Source: a virus (taxonomy: Duplodnaviria > Caudoviricetes). Taken from it: a stretch of DNA of 64,000 nt. The DNA lies in the IMG/VR virus record IMGVR_UViG_3300001765_000027, positions 1 to 64,000 of that record; one strand, given 5' to 3'. The number at the start of each line of letters is the position of its first letter. Within the stretch, counting starts at the first letter, position 1. Positions 19,546 to 30,105 of this stretch are shown in pieces. The translations under genes were made by a program, and so were the position numbers. Under the pieces are notes generated by a model. It was not told the origin of the DNA. It made no database searches and saw nothing but the letters and a program-made list of their open reading frames with translations.

Positions 19546-22220
19546 TAGACAAGAAACACTGTCTTGGTTGCCCGTTAGATGGGATATCGGCACCATCTGC
19601 TACAAAAGGCAATACCAAGGCTAAGTTTATGGTGGTTGTTGATACACCAAGTAGTTTTAACGCGGCCAAAGGTAGATTACTGTCGGAGCGGTCTAGCGGG
19701 GTGTTTGCAGAACACATGGACGCCGCTGGTTTTGATACTAGTGAGTTTTCGTTTGTGCCACAAGTCAGATGCCCACACGACGCAGACCAGATTACTACCA
19801 AGGAAGTACGTGAGATTCAGAAACATTGTCGTGAGCATTTCTTGGACGATGTTTTTGAGCAGAAGCCTGAAATGATTATCCCTATCGGTGCAGAGCCAGC
19901 TAGGCAGGTATTCGGTAGGGCAGTAAAGATAACCAAAGTTCGCGGAGTGGCTGAGTTCAACGAAGAACACTCGTGCATGGTGATGGCTTTACTAAACCCC
20001 GGACAGGTGGTTATGTACCCACAGCATGCGCCTATATTCGCGGCAGACTGCCAGACCCTACGTAGAGTAGTTGATAGTGGTTATGACGTACTGGCTGCGG
20101 GTAATGCGCTACTAGGTGACTACGAGTACATAGACGATCTAGAGTTTCTGATAGAGCAAGAACCTTCCCTACTATTCTTCGATACTGAGAATACTAGTCT
20201 TGAGTATTTCAAGAAAGGCCCAGACGATGCTAGGGAATACGACCCTAAGAGACATGGTAAGGAATTCAACCCAAGTGCAGCTATTCTTACTATGCAGTTC
20301 TGTATTGAGCCGGGGAAGGCATACATGCTGGTATGGGATCACCCAGAGAAACCTATAGCCATGCGCAAGAAGCGTAAGCTGGTAGAGCAGTTAGGTAGGC
20401 TATTGTGCAATCCTAAAACTAGAGTTCTTGGGCAGAACCTGAAATACGATAACAACTACCTGTTTGAGCAAACCGGTGTGCGCTTCAAGATAGGTGGCGA
20501 TACTCTTATGCTCGCTGCCCTCCTAGACGAGAACATGATAAGCAAGAGTCAGGATGTACTGGTTAAGCATTACGTACCGGAGATGGCTGGGTATGCAGAT
20601 GCGTTCAACGCTTCTGTAGATAAGTCTAGAATGTGGGAGGTTCCTCTAGCCAAGCTTATAGGCTACGGCTGCGGCGACGTAGACTCAGGCTACATGCTGT
20701 ATAAGGCAATGTTCAAGGAGATGCGTAAGGATGACCGGCTTATTGAACACTACCGCAGGGTATCACTGCCGGGGCTTAACACATTCGCGGCGGTAGAGAC
20801 TAGCGGCATACATATTGACCAGCAGGCCTTATCTGACTTTGAAGCACTCATGGAAGTATCTGTTGCTCAGCAAGAGGCAGACCTACTAGAGCAGGTACCT
20901 AAATCAATCAAGCGTAAGCACATAGATAAGGGACTGAAGTTTAGTCGGTCAGACTTTGTACTGGATATATTATTCAGGCACAAGGATGGATTCAGGCTAC
21001 GCCCGAAGGTATATACAGCCAAGACGGCAAAGCTGCCTGCGGATAAGCGGGTGCCTAGTACATCGTCTAAAGACCACCTACCGTACTTTTTCGATGACTG
21101 TCCTTTTACCTTGCAGCTTTCCCAGTATGTGAAAGACTCTAGGTTGCTTGGTACCAACATCAAGGGATTCCAGAACAAGTATATCCATGATGGTTTGGTG
21201 AGGCCCGTATATAGCCTATGGACTACCGTTACCGGCAGGTCATCATCTGAGAACCCTAACGGGCAGAACTTCCCCAAGAGAGGCCCTAACGCTACTGCAT
21301 ACCGGAGAATCTTCGTACCACCTCCGGGTTATTACGTACTGGAGGCGGACTTGTCTCAAGCAGAGCTACGTATTGCGGCGGATATGGCTAGTGATAGGAC
21401 TATGCTTGGTATCTACCAGCAAAAGGGCGATATCCATACAGCCACGGCATTGATTACGATGGGTACTGATATGGAGCATTTTAAGTTGTTGCCCAAGGCT
21501 GAGCAAAAATCTGCGAGACAGAAGGCCAAGGCTGTTAACTTTGGTTTCATTTACGGCATGGGCTGGAGAAAGTTTATCGGCTATGCTAAGACGCAGTATG
21601 GCGTGGAGTTTACGGAGCTAGAGGCGCAACGGATACGCACTGCGTTCTTTGAGAAGTACCACGGATTGCCTGCATGGCACGATTCAACTAGAGAGGCGGC
21701 ACACAGGGACGGTATGGTTCGTTCCTACTCTGGGCGGATACGTCACCTACCTATGATTCATTCTGAGGATCAAGGCGTAGAGTCGGAAGCAGGCCGGCAG
21801 GCTATCAATAGCCCTGTGCAGGAGTTTGCTTCATCGCTAGGCATCATGGCTATCGGTAGGCTGCATGACGAGATAGACCCTGAGTACCTAGCACCCATAG
21901 CGTTCGTACATGACGCTATCTACTGCTACGTACCAGCTAAGTACCTTGAGTGGGGAGCCAAGACGTTGAAGCGATACATGGAGAGTAACCCCCTAGAAGA
22001 GTGGTTTAACCTACGCATGAAATGCCCCATCATTGCTGATGTTAGCTTTGGTCTTAACTTTGGTGACACTAACGAGATGGAGGGGTTATCTCTGGATGAG
22101 CCTTATGACTTCGGCAGGTTCTATGATGTTGAGCAGCAGACCGGTGTAGAGGTACCTAAGCAGAGAACACCACCCAATAGGGGCTTACGCAAGACAGACC
22201 CGTATGGGCTACCTGTTTAG
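19542..22220 (+). CDS. family A DNA polymerase with N-terminal uracil-DNA-glycosylase-like domain
   Basis: N-terminal CxxC, RCP, C, PEMIIPIGA (family-4 UDG-like); exonuclease FDTE, NLKYD, CGDVD; PolA TVTGRSSS, DLSQAELR, KAVNFGFIYG, VHDA. Confidence 0.93.
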   Translation: MIDKKHCLGCPLDGISAPSATKGNTKAKFMVVVDTPSSFNAAKGRLLSERSSGVFAEHMDAAGFDTSEFSFVPQVRCPHDADQITTKEVREIQKHCREHFLDDVFEQKPEMIIPIGAEPARQVFGRAVKITKVRGVAEFNEEHSCMVMALLNPGQVVMYPQHAPIFAADCQTLRRVVDSGYDVLAAGNALLGDYEYIDDLEFLIEQEPSLLFFDTENTSLEYFKKGPDDAREYDPKRHGKEFNPSAAILTMQFCIEPGKAYMLVWDHPEKPIAMRKKRKLVEQLGRLLCNPKTRVLGQNLKYDNNYLFEQTGVRFKIGGDTLMLAALLDENMISKSQDVLVKHYVPEMAGYADAFNASVDKSRMWEVPLAKLIGYGCGDVDSGYMLYKAMFKEMRKDDRLIEHYRRVSLPGLNTFAAVETSGIHIDQQALSDFEALMEVSVAQQEADLLEQVPKSIKRKHIDKGLKFSRSDFVLDILFRHKDGFRLRPKVYTAKTAKLPADKRVPSTSSKDHLPYFFDDCPFTLQLSQYVKDSRLLGTNIKGFQNKYIHDGLVRPVYSLWTTVTGRSSSENPNGQNFPKRGPNATAYRRIFVPPPGYYVLEADLSQAELRIAADMASDRTMLGIYQQKGDIHTATALITMGTDMEHFKLLPKAEQKSARQKAKAVNFGFIYGMGWRKFIGYAKTQYGVEFTELEAQRIRTAFFEKYHGLPAWHDSTREAAHRDGMVRSYSGRIRHLPMIHSEDQGVESEAGRQAINSPVQEFASSLGIMAIGRLHDEIDPEYLAPIAFVHDAIYCYVPAKYLEWGAKTLKRYMESNPLEEWFNLRMKCPIIADVSFGLNFGDTNEMEGLSLDEPYDFGRFYDVEQQTGVEVPKQRTPPNRGLRKTDPYGLPV

Positions 22221-22229
22221 GCATAAAGC

Positions 22230-22258
22230 TTGACAAAGAAAGCTATAGGGCGTAAGAT
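22230..22258 (+). promoter_or_regulatory. sigma70-like promoter
   Basis: TTGACA-N17-TAAGAT. Confidence 0.75.
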
Positions 22259-22299
22259 GTTCTTAGTTTATATCGTCGCATATACGAAAGGAGACAGCT

Positions 22300-22746
22300 A
22301 TGGCTGATCGCATTAGGCGGGTACGTACCGCAATACCAGAAACAAAAAAAGGGCCAACAGTGGCTCAGACAAAAGTCATGCAAGAGAATTTGAAATCGAT
22401 TGCACAATGGCAACGTGAAGCGGAGCAGCTTCGTAAGAATATGGCCGAGGCGGAAGCAGACCTGTTCGCAGATATGATTCGGTTTGATGTGATTCATCTG
22501 AATGGGGCAGACGGAGATTGCTGGGCTGACATTACACAGTCGGCTGGCAAAGCCACAAACCTGATCGACCCTAAGGGGTTGCGCGGGTTGCTTAAGAACG
22601 ATGCCGACTACTACGCTTGTGTTAGCGTATCGGTCACCAAAACAAAAGAGTTTCTTTCTGGTAAAGAACTTGAGTCAATCACCACGCATATCCCCGGAAA
22701 GGTGGGAGATAAGAAGCTGAAAATCACTAAGGATGATGAAAAGTAA
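22300..22746 (+). CDS. hypothetical protein
   Basis: AAGGAG RBS; coupled to primase. Confidence 0.65.
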   Translation: MADRIRRVRTAIPETKKGPTVAQTKVMQENLKSIAQWQREAEQLRKNMAEAEADLFADMIRFDVIHLNGADGDCWADITQSAGKATNLIDPKGLRGLLKNDADYYACVSVSVTKTKEFLSGKELESITTHIPGKVGDKKLKITKDDEK

Positions 22747-23744
22747 TGGATCGTCAGGCTATCAAGGAGATGCTGCGTGAGGTGCTTGGGCCTAACGTAG
22801 AGCTAGTAGATCACCCTAAGTGGGTTGGTCTACGGTGCCCATTAGCCCCTTGGACGCACGAGCATGGAGCGGATACTTCCCCAAGCGCAGGGGTATCCGT
22901 GAAGGATGACGGCAGCACCAGTATCTATAACTGCTATGTTTGCGGTAAGGGTACGATACCGTGGTTTCTTCAGCAGATGGAAAAGTACACAGGCGATTCC
23001 TACGGAAAACTACGTAAGAATATAGAGAATGGTGAGTTCCTTGGTGGTGCCTTGCCAGAGTGGGGAGTAAAGAAAGTGGAAGCCACACCTACTAAGTTCT
23101 TAGATAAGGCGCAGTATCTAGACCTGTACGAGAGCGCAGAGGATCATTGGTATTTTGAAGTACGGGCGTACAACAGAAACGAGACTGAGCTAGATAACGA
23201 CACTATCCGTACGCTACAGCTACAGGTAGACCCAGCAGACAGTACTGGCGACGAGCGTATTTTGTTCCCTGTATTTAGTAGGCACGGCGAGTTATACGGC
23301 TTTACTGGCAGGGCTGTGTATGAACAGGCTAAGCTTAAGGTTAGGGATTATCATGGCCTACCGAAAGCTAAGGTGTTGCTTGGCTTACATCTGATTAGGG
23401 AGGATGATCCTTACGTAGTAGTTGTAGAGGGGCTATTCGACTATGCCATGTTGGTGCAGTACGACTATCCGGTAGTAGCTGCACTACACGCGGGACTAAC
23501 AGAGGATCAGACAAAGTTACTTATTGATCTGGGTAAGCCAGTAGTATTGATGTACGACAACGATAGTGCGGGGGATAGAGCAACAGAGATAGCTATTACC
23601 GCTCTGGGTAAACACATTCCGTTGTCTTCGGTTAAATACCCTAAAAGGGAGGGTAAAGGGGGTAAGGTGGAATGTCTAAAAGACCCAGCAAGTTGCACAA
23701 AGGAAGAGGTGGACAGAATGGTAGCGAAGGCGAGACTTGTGTAG
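22746..23744 (+). CDS. DNA primase (Zn finger + TOPRIM)
   Basis: CP..H / CYVC zinc finger, RILFP, GFTGR, VVEGLFD, MYDNDSAG, KDP. Confidence 0.9.
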   Translation: MDRQAIKEMLREVLGPNVELVDHPKWVGLRCPLAPWTHEHGADTSPSAGVSVKDDGSTSIYNCYVCGKGTIPWFLQQMEKYTGDSYGKLRKNIENGEFLGGALPEWGVKKVEATPTKFLDKAQYLDLYESAEDHWYFEVRAYNRNETELDNDTIRTLQLQVDPADSTGDERILFPVFSRHGELYGFTGRAVYEQAKLKVRDYHGLPKAKVLLGLHLIREDDPYVVVVEGLFDYAMLVQYDYPVVAALHAGLTEDQTKLLIDLGKPVVLMYDNDSAGDRATEIAITALGKHIPLSSVKYPKREGKGGKVECLKDPASCTKEEVDRMVAKARLV

Positions 23745-24109
23745 TCTTGACTGATGATGTGCCGGCAGGTAATATAGGCAACAGATTGAACGAGCGTCAA
23801 TCTAAACGGAACCTAGCTGGTCATTTATTAGCACCCTTGAGAGTAGGAAAACCTGTAGCTTTAGTTGTGGACGATCCACGTTTACCTAAGCGTAAACGAG
23901 TAGACAAGCCTCTACTGTTTATAACGCCCATAGCTGTATTCGGAAGAGTATCTAGTAAGTTAGTGGTTGCACTACAGACGCATGGTTGTGAAGTAGTTGA
24001 TACAGCACAGGAAATAAAACCTATGGTTTTTTATCGTATGGGTATTGGTACTAAGTTGGCTATATCATTAGCCGCTGAGCTAAACCTAGTGTTTACTAAA
24101 GGAGAGTAG
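23672..24109 (+). CDS. hypothetical protein (start uncertain)
   Basis: Fills the gap between primase and SSB. Confidence 0.4.
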   Translation: MSKRPSKLHKGRGGQNGSEGETCVVLTDDVPAGNIGNRLNERQSKRNLAGHLLAPLRVGKPVALVVDDPRLPKRKRVDKPLLFITPIAVFGRVSSKLVVALQTHGCEVVDTAQEIKPMVFYRMGIGTKLAISLAAELNLVFTKGE

Positions 24110-24110
24110 T

Positions 24111-25211
24111 ATGGCTACAGGTGCACGTAAATCCGCGTTCTATCGCGGAAATGCTGGTCGGGCTAAAGGTGAAGAAGAACTAGCACGACAGAAGGCTCGC
24201 GCTGAGGCGCGTAAGGAGCAAGGGCTACAACCGTTCCGTTTTCGGGTACCGGTAGGTGGCACCACGCAGTTCGTTATTCTTGACGATGCTCCAGATTTTT
24301 TCCGATTTGAACATAACCTGAAGAATCCACAAACCGGATTCTGGGATACCTTTACTGGTTGCGTTAAGGAATGGGATAACTGCCCAGTATGCGCGGCGGT
24401 TGATCGTGATTCCTACTACGCTCTCTACTTCACCGTATTGGACTTTACTGAGTTTAAGACCAAGGACGGACAGAAGCATGAGTTTTCCCGTAAGCTGTTG
24501 GTAGTCAAGCCAGCACAGCAAAAGAAATTTCAACGTGCTTTCTCCAAGGCCGAGAAGGATGGTCGTACGCTACGCGGCGCTGTCTTTGAGGTAACTCGTG
24601 ATGGCGAGAAGGATTCTTCTATCGGTAACGACATTGAGCTTGTCGACTGGATGGAAGAGGACGAGCTTGTGACCTACACGCGTTCTTGGAAGGATAAGGA
24701 AGGCAAGAAGCACACCGAGGACTGTTCCGTATCGTACGAGTACGAGAAGATGTTTGAAGAGCCTGATTCCGACAATCTACGTGCGATAGTTGGCGCTTCC
24801 CCTGCCCCCGGCAGCCGTGCCCATGAAGAGAAAGAGCTTGGGCGTAGGCCGTCTCGTGGTCGTAAAGTAGCAGATGACGAGGACGATGAGGAGTACGAAC
24901 CTGCCGAGCGTAAAGGTCGTATGTCTGCTAGTCGTAAGGCGAAAGACGAAGACGATGAGGAAGAGGAAAAACCCGTTCGTCGTAGTGTTGGTAGGGGTAA
25001 GCCAAGAGAGGATGACGAAGAGGAAGAAAAGCCTGCTCGTCGTTCCGTAGCTCGCTCCAAGGTGGATGATGCCGAAGAGGAAACTCCACGCCGGCCTAGC
25101 CGTGGTCGTAAGGTAGATGACGATCCTCCATTTGATCCTGATGAGGATGACGATGAGGATAAGAAGGCTCCGGGTGTAGGTCGTAGAGTACAGGCCAGAG
25201 GTCGTCGGTAA
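24111..25211 (+). CDS. single-stranded DNA-binding protein with long acidic/basic repetitive tail
   Basis: Aromatic OB-type core with H...C...CPVC; position in replication block; alternating DE-runs and R-rich repeats. Confidence 0.7.
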   Translation: MATGARKSAFYRGNAGRAKGEEELARQKARAEARKEQGLQPFRFRVPVGGTTQFVILDDAPDFFRFEHNLKNPQTGFWDTFTGCVKEWDNCPVCAAVDRDSYYALYFTVLDFTEFKTKDGQKHEFSRKLLVVKPAQQKKFQRAFSKAEKDGRTLRGAVFEVTRDGEKDSSIGNDIELVDWMEEDELVTYTRSWKDKEGKKHTEDCSVSYEYEKMFEEPDSDNLRAIVGASPAPGSRAHEEKELGRRPSRGRKVADDEDDEEYEPAERKGRMSASRKAKDEDDEEEEKPVRRSVGRGKPREDDEEEEKPARRSVARSKVDDAEEETPRRPSRGRKVDDDPPFDPDEDDDEDKKAPGVGRRVQARGRR

Positions 25212-25256
25212 TAACTGTATTGCAAGGGGGTAACACCCCTTGCTTAGGGTATTGGT

Positions 25257-26879
25257 ATGAAAGCTATAGTATCGGGCGCGGTGTATATACCTAAGAAGGC
25301 GATAGACGTTGCCAAGGTGAAACACGCCCTTACCGTTAAGTACTGGCAGATGGGGGAGCAAGAGGCTACCCACGTACCTGCGTACTCAGAGACCAAAGAG
25401 TACCTAGTAGTGCCTAGGGCTTACGGTTTGAAATTGATTGCAAATAATAATGTACCCGCCGAGTACGCGATAGCGGCAGGGGTTACATTTCCATTCAAAA
25501 AGAAAGTAACGCACACTGGCGAATATGCCTACCAAAACGATTTCGTTAAAGACATTCTATCGTGTTGTGATAGGCATAACGATTTCATAGTACAGGCGGC
25601 TACCGGTAAAGGTAAAACGGTATGTTCGCTTTCTGTCATACAGAAGCTTGGACGTAACGCTATAGTTATTGTGGATCAAGAGAACTTAATGCTGCAATGG
25701 CGCAAGCAGTGTAAGGATGTACTTGGCTTAGCGGACGAGGAGATAGGCACCGTACAGGGCAAGGTATGTGACTACGAAGGAAAAGCAGTCACTATCGCAA
25801 TGATTCAGTCTCTGACTCAGAGAGAATACTCAGAGGAGTTATACGATCACTTTGGGGTATTAGTGGTAGATGAGGTACATACGGCTGGCGCACCCACATT
25901 CTCTCAAGCACTGCTTATGTTTTCTGCGGAGGTTAGGTTTGGCGTATCCGCTACCGTGGATAGGCGAGATGCCTTGCAGAGAATACTTCACTGGAACCTT
26001 GGTGAAGTAGAGGTTTTGCTTGAAGATAAGCACGATAAGTCCTACCTGTACTATATCGAGTCGGATACTGTGTATTCTTGGTACGCTAATATATCCCCTA
26101 AAGTGGGGCGCATGCTTACAGAGGTAGCCGAAGACCCTGTGCGTAACACCAAGATAGTAGAAGCTATTATGTGGTTGTATGAATCTGGAAGGGACGTACT
26201 AGTAATCAGTGACCGCATAGAGCAGTTAGAGAATCTTCTATCCATGTGCTACTACGAAGGTGTGCCAACCGCAGACCTAGGGTTGTATTGTGGCTTTAGG
26301 AATGTTTGGGGCTACATGAAGGATACTAAGCCTAAGAGAAAGCCTGTAGGTTACGAGAAGGGTACGGAATATACGCCAGTAGTATTTGGTAGCCAGCGTA
26401 AGCGGATACCTAAGAAAGAGCTAGAAGAGATTAAACAGAGAGCAAAAATTATATTTGCCACGTTTGGTATGTTTGCAAAGGGTGTTGATGTTCCTAGATT
26501 GTCTGGCGGGATAGACTGTACGCCTAGGAGCAAAGCACAGCAGGTTCATGGGCGGATACTGCGAAAACTAGATGGGAAGCACATACCGATATGGGTAACC
26601 ATTCGTGATGTTAATTCCTATAAATTAGAGCATCAGTTCTTACAACGGATCGATGAGTATGTATCCAGTTCTGCGGAGATTTATAAATGGAAACCAAGCA
26701 AAGGCGTACGTTTGATGGACGTAAAGGAATTACGGAGGTCAGTGCGGGAGAGCGTGGCGGAATTAAAGGCCCTGAATATAACAACCTGCGTAGACGGAAA
26801 CTATACGCTAGTGACCCCGGCTACGCCGACAGAGCTAAGAAAGCCTCAAGGGATACGTACCGCAAAGACCATCCGCTAG
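25257..26879 (+). CDS. superfamily 2 DNA helicase
   Basis: ATGKGKT, DEVH, SAT, GVDVP, QVHGRILR. Confidence 0.9.
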   Translation: MKAIVSGAVYIPKKAIDVAKVKHALTVKYWQMGEQEATHVPAYSETKEYLVVPRAYGLKLIANNNVPAEYAIAAGVTFPFKKKVTHTGEYAYQNDFVKDILSCCDRHNDFIVQAATGKGKTVCSLSVIQKLGRNAIVIVDQENLMLQWRKQCKDVLGLADEEIGTVQGKVCDYEGKAVTIAMIQSLTQREYSEELYDHFGVLVVDEVHTAGAPTFSQALLMFSAEVRFGVSATVDRRDALQRILHWNLGEVEVLLEDKHDKSYLYYIESDTVYSWYANISPKVGRMLTEVAEDPVRNTKIVEAIMWLYESGRDVLVISDRIEQLENLLSMCYYEGVPTADLGLYCGFRNVWGYMKDTKPKRKPVGYEKGTEYTPVVFGSQRKRIPKKELEEIKQRAKIIFATFGMFAKGVDVPRLSGGIDCTPRSKAQQVHGRILRKLDGKHIPIWVTIRDVNSYKLEHQFLQRIDEYVSSSAEIYKWKPSKGVRLMDVKELRRSVRESVAELKALNITTCVDGNYTLVTPATPTELRKPQGIRTAKTIR

Positions 26880-27232
26880 AGGCTAGTAAGCTGATTAGCG
26901 GATTACTGTATAAGGGCGAGATACGAGAGTTATTTACTGATGAGATGGAGCATCCTGTGTACGTTGAAGCTTTCACGGTACCGCAAGCGGCTAAAGCTTT
27001 GGGTAGATCAGAATTGTGTTTGAAGAGGTGGATAGCGGAGGGAATCGTGCCTTCGCCTATACTAAAGGACACGGTAAGGAAGTACAGCCACTATAGCGTA
27101 GGTGAGCTTTCTACCATTGCTAGGGTACTGAGGTCGCACGAGGATGAGTTCAAGTATTTAACGGTGAAGCATAGCACCACGATTCATGTTATGTGGCAGA
27201 GCATGCAAGCGTATAGGGCTACTAAGGTATAG
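26687..27232 (+). CDS. MerR-like HTH DNA-binding protein
   Basis: FTVPQAAKALGRSELCLKRWIAEGIVP...HYS..EL. Confidence 0.6.
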   Translation: METKQRRTFDGRKGITEVSAGERGGIKGPEYNNLRRRKLYASDPGYADRAKKASRDTYRKDHPLEASKLISGLLYKGEIRELFTDEMEHPVYVEAFTVPQAAKALGRSELCLKRWIAEGIVPSPILKDTVRKYSHYSVGELSTIARVLRSHEDEFKYLTVKHSTTIHVMWQSMQAYRATKV

Positions 27233-27241
27233 GAGAAAGAC

Positions 27242-27556
27242 ATGGAGCGCACGAGGACTAGAAGTAGAGTGGCTACAACGCAGGATGCAGTAGTATCAGT
27301 TACCGCTTCAGGTGTTGGGGTAGAGGAAGAGAAGCGCAAGGTTATAGAGGTGCGTAAATTTGAGACAGAACCGGCCTATGTCCGTGTGAATGCGGGTGTG
27401 ACGAAGAACCTAGGCAACTATGAGTCGCTACGCGTAGATGTTTCTCTTACTGTACCTTGCTACGTGGAAGAGATTGAGAAAGTACAAAAGAAGACGGCAG
27501 AGATGGTGGCGGCTATGCTAGACGCTGAAGTAGAAGAGTATCTAGGGAAGGAATAA
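27242..27556 (+). CDS. conserved phage hypothetical protein
   Basis: GVTKNLGNYESLRVDV motif common in phage replication modules. Confidence 0.65.
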   Translation: MERTRTRSRVATTQDAVVSVTASGVGVEEEKRKVIEVRKFETEPAYVRVNAGVTKNLGNYESLRVDVSLTVPCYVEEIEKVQKKTAEMVAAMLDAEVEEYLGKE

Positions 27557-27558
27557 TA

Positions 27559-28701
27559 ATGGCACAACGCAGAGGACGGACGGCTAGTGGTAAGAGTGAG
27601 AATGCCTCAGAGCTAGGCCCACTACTTAAAGAGATGGACAAGCGGTATGGTAAGGGCGTGGTACATAAGGGCATAGAGATAGAGCAACCAGAGCGCATAA
27701 GCACTGGAGTATTCTTGCTGGACTTTTGCCTACTTGGCGGGATACCTACCAGCAGGGGTACTATGGTGATAGGTAAGAAGCACTCAGGCAAGACCACTCT
27801 ATCGAACATGATTGCTGGTAATGCGCAGAGGCAGTTCCCAGACCAGAAGGTAGTGCTTGTGGATGTTGAAGGTACGTTTGATTCCGTGTGGGCCTCTAAG
27901 CTTGGTGTAGATATAGCAGAGTTGATAGTTGTTCACCCTGAGTCAGGGGAGGCAGCATGCGATATTACTGATGCCATGATACGCACCAAGGAGGTATCTG
28001 TAGTAATCATAGATAGCGTAGCTGCGCTAGCCCCAATGAAGGAGATGGAGGGCAGTGCAGAGGATGCGCATGTAGGGCTACAGGCTCGCATGATGGGTGC
28101 ACTACTACGCAAGACAACGGCAGGTATGATTGCAGAACGCCGCCGTGGTCATTTTGTTACCCCGATATACATCAACCAATACCGAGCCAAGATAGGTGGC
28201 TTTGCAGGCTTTGGTGAGCCTCTATCCGTGCCGGGAGGGCATGCACTTGGGTTTGCCAACACGGTAGAGATTATCATCCGTAACAAAGAGACTGCCGGTA
28301 AGAATGACCAAGGCGTTGATATCATGTCTGTCAATGAGCATAACTTTAAGATAGACAAGAATAAGTGTAACGGCGGTACTCGTACTGGTGAGTTTCGTTT
28401 CATTCGTTCCTTCGATGAAGAGACAGGCCTAGACGAAGGCGCTATCGATGATGCTGGCACCATGCTTGTATTCGCTAAGAAGTTCGGCGCGTACGAAGGG
28501 GCTGGCAGTTCATGGACGCTACACTTCTGGGATGAGGAGCATAAGTACCGTGGCACAGGAGATGCTACAGGACAGCTATACCAGAATGGTGAGCTATACC
28601 AAAAACTGCGAGACTATCTTATTTGGGAGAATGCGCGTAGCCTACGTATGCCAGAGAATTTTCTATCACGCTTTACCGAGCCTTACGGAGTCACTGAGTA
28701 A
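27559..28701 (+). CDS. recA: RecA/UvsX-like recombinase
   Basis: ISTG...LD..L.GGIP, SGKTT, DVEG, IIDSVAAL, VGLQARMM, INQ.R, PGG.AL. Confidence 0.92.
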   Translation: MAQRRGRTASGKSENASELGPLLKEMDKRYGKGVVHKGIEIEQPERISTGVFLLDFCLLGGIPTSRGTMVIGKKHSGKTTLSNMIAGNAQRQFPDQKVVLVDVEGTFDSVWASKLGVDIAELIVVHPESGEAACDITDAMIRTKEVSVVIIDSVAALAPMKEMEGSAEDAHVGLQARMMGALLRKTTAGMIAERRRGHFVTPIYINQYRAKIGGFAGFGEPLSVPGGHALGFANTVEIIIRNKETAGKNDQGVDIMSVNEHNFKIDKNKCNGGTRTGEFRFIRSFDEETGLDEGAIDDAGTMLVFAKKFGAYEGAGSSWTLHFWDEEHKYRGTGDATGQLYQNGELYQKLRDYLIWENARSLRMPENFLSRFTEPYGVTE

Positions 28702-29072
28702 TGAGCCTACGGGCCTTTATGAACCGTGATGTAGAGCGCGGAAACCCCTCTTATCGCCGGTCTAGGAAGCAAGAGAAAGAGCTTGCAGAGAAGCTTGGCG
28801 GTAAGAGAACGGTTGCCTCTGGCAGCAAGGACGAGAAGGGGGATGTTAGGCTTAAGCGTGTAGTTCGCATAGAGGCCAAGACTACCAAGAATAAAAGCTT
28901 TTCTGTTACGCTAGACATGATTAGGCAGATTGAGGATGCAGCGCTATCCGCTGACGAGATGCCGATTATTGCAATCGAATTCAACGACGGTCGTGGTAAG
29001 AAGCTTAAAGAAGTGGCCGTAGTTCCTATGTACGTACTGGATTTAATAAGGGCGCACGATGACAACACGTAA
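28701..29072 (+). CDS. PD-(D/E)XK endonuclease (Hjc-like)
   Basis: QEKELA, SGS, KGDV, IEAKTT. Confidence 0.75.
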   Translation: MSLRAFMNRDVERGNPSYRRSRKQEKELAEKLGGKRTVASGSKDEKGDVRLKRVVRIEAKTTKNKSFSVTLDMIRQIEDAALSADEMPIIAIEFNDGRGKKLKEVAVVPMYVLDLIRAHDDNT

Positions 29073-29991
29073 GCGAATAGTTGAGAGCGGTAGATCGGCA
29101 GCAGCCACTACGGTACTAAGGCGTAGGCGTACAGGTAAAGCAGCACCTGAGCGAGGTATGGAGGGTAAGGTAGTAGAGATGCACAACGGGGAGGACTTGG
29201 TACTGAAGCTATTGCGGTTTGCACCGGCAGGTATCAATACTTTCAGAAGCCATAAGTACCTGCACATATCAGACCTACTAGGCAAGTGCGTACGAAAGAT
29301 GGCGCTGTCAGAGAAGCTAGGCTTGTCTATGCCGGCAGGGCACTTATCTGATTCTATGGGCCTTACCTTCGCGCAGGGTAACGCCATACACGATTACGTT
29401 AAGGATAAATTTAGCAAAGGCCACCCAGAAAAAATGTTTGGTAGGTGGTCTTGCGTATGTGGTAAAACAGTAACCGAGCCTATGGTTCGTAACTCAATAC
29501 CTAACAGACCGTGTGCAGAATGCGGCAAGGTTCCTGACACCTACCATGAGCTAGAGCTTTTTGACGATGACCTTATGGTAGTGGGTTCCCCAGACATAAC
29601 CCTGTATATGGAAGAGTTTGAGGCGTACTACACCATAGAAATAAAATCTATCAATCCTGATGATTGGAAAGAGATAGCCAGACCAAAGCCAGATCATGTA
29701 TTGCAGGTATTGTTTTACTGGTACCTTATGAAGAAGCTGGGGTATTCAGTACCGGATCAGGTAAGTATTCTCTACGTCACTAAGGGCTTTATATTTAAGT
29801 CTCCGTATAAAGAGTTTACCTTTAGGCCTGAGGAGTCGATTGGGCGGCTAGATGATTACATAGAGGAAGCTAGGCAGTTGAAGGAGTCTAGGAAAGAAGG
29901 CGGCATGTTGCCCGACAGAAAGTTATGCACCTCCCTGTCGTGCAAGGATGCTAAAGAGTGTCATGTAGCAGTAGTGTGCTTTCAACACTGA
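29059..29991 (+). CDS. Cas4-like PD-(D/E)XK exonuclease
   Basis: SDLLGKC, GNAIH, GSPD, IEIKS, Q...Y and C-terminal Cys cluster. Confidence 0.75.
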   Translation: MTTRKRIVESGRSAAATTVLRRRRTGKAAPERGMEGKVVEMHNGEDLVLKLLRFAPAGINTFRSHKYLHISDLLGKCVRKMALSEKLGLSMPAGHLSDSMGLTFAQGNAIHDYVKDKFSKGHPEKMFGRWSCVCGKTVTEPMVRNSIPNRPCAECGKVPDTYHELELFDDDLMVVGSPDITLYMEEFEAYYTIEIKSINPDDWKEIARPKPDHVLQVLFYWYLMKKLGYSVPDQVSILYVTKGFIFKSPYKEFTFRPEESIGRLDDYIEEARQLKESRKEGGMLPDRKLCTSLSCKDAKECHVAVVCFQH

Positions 29992-30105
29992 GGAAACTAT
30001 GAAACCACTTAAGACAACCAGAACTATTATTTTTATAGCTGTATTCCACGCCTGCCGTATTATCGGTGATGAGTATCGTAGGCGCATGGCTAAGGAAGCC
30101 AAAGC

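Noticed and set aside
29059-29991. Cas4-like nuclease as evidence of CRISPR-Cas
   Set aside because: No cas1/cas2 or array; sits in the recombination block, as solo phage Cas4-like nucleases usually do
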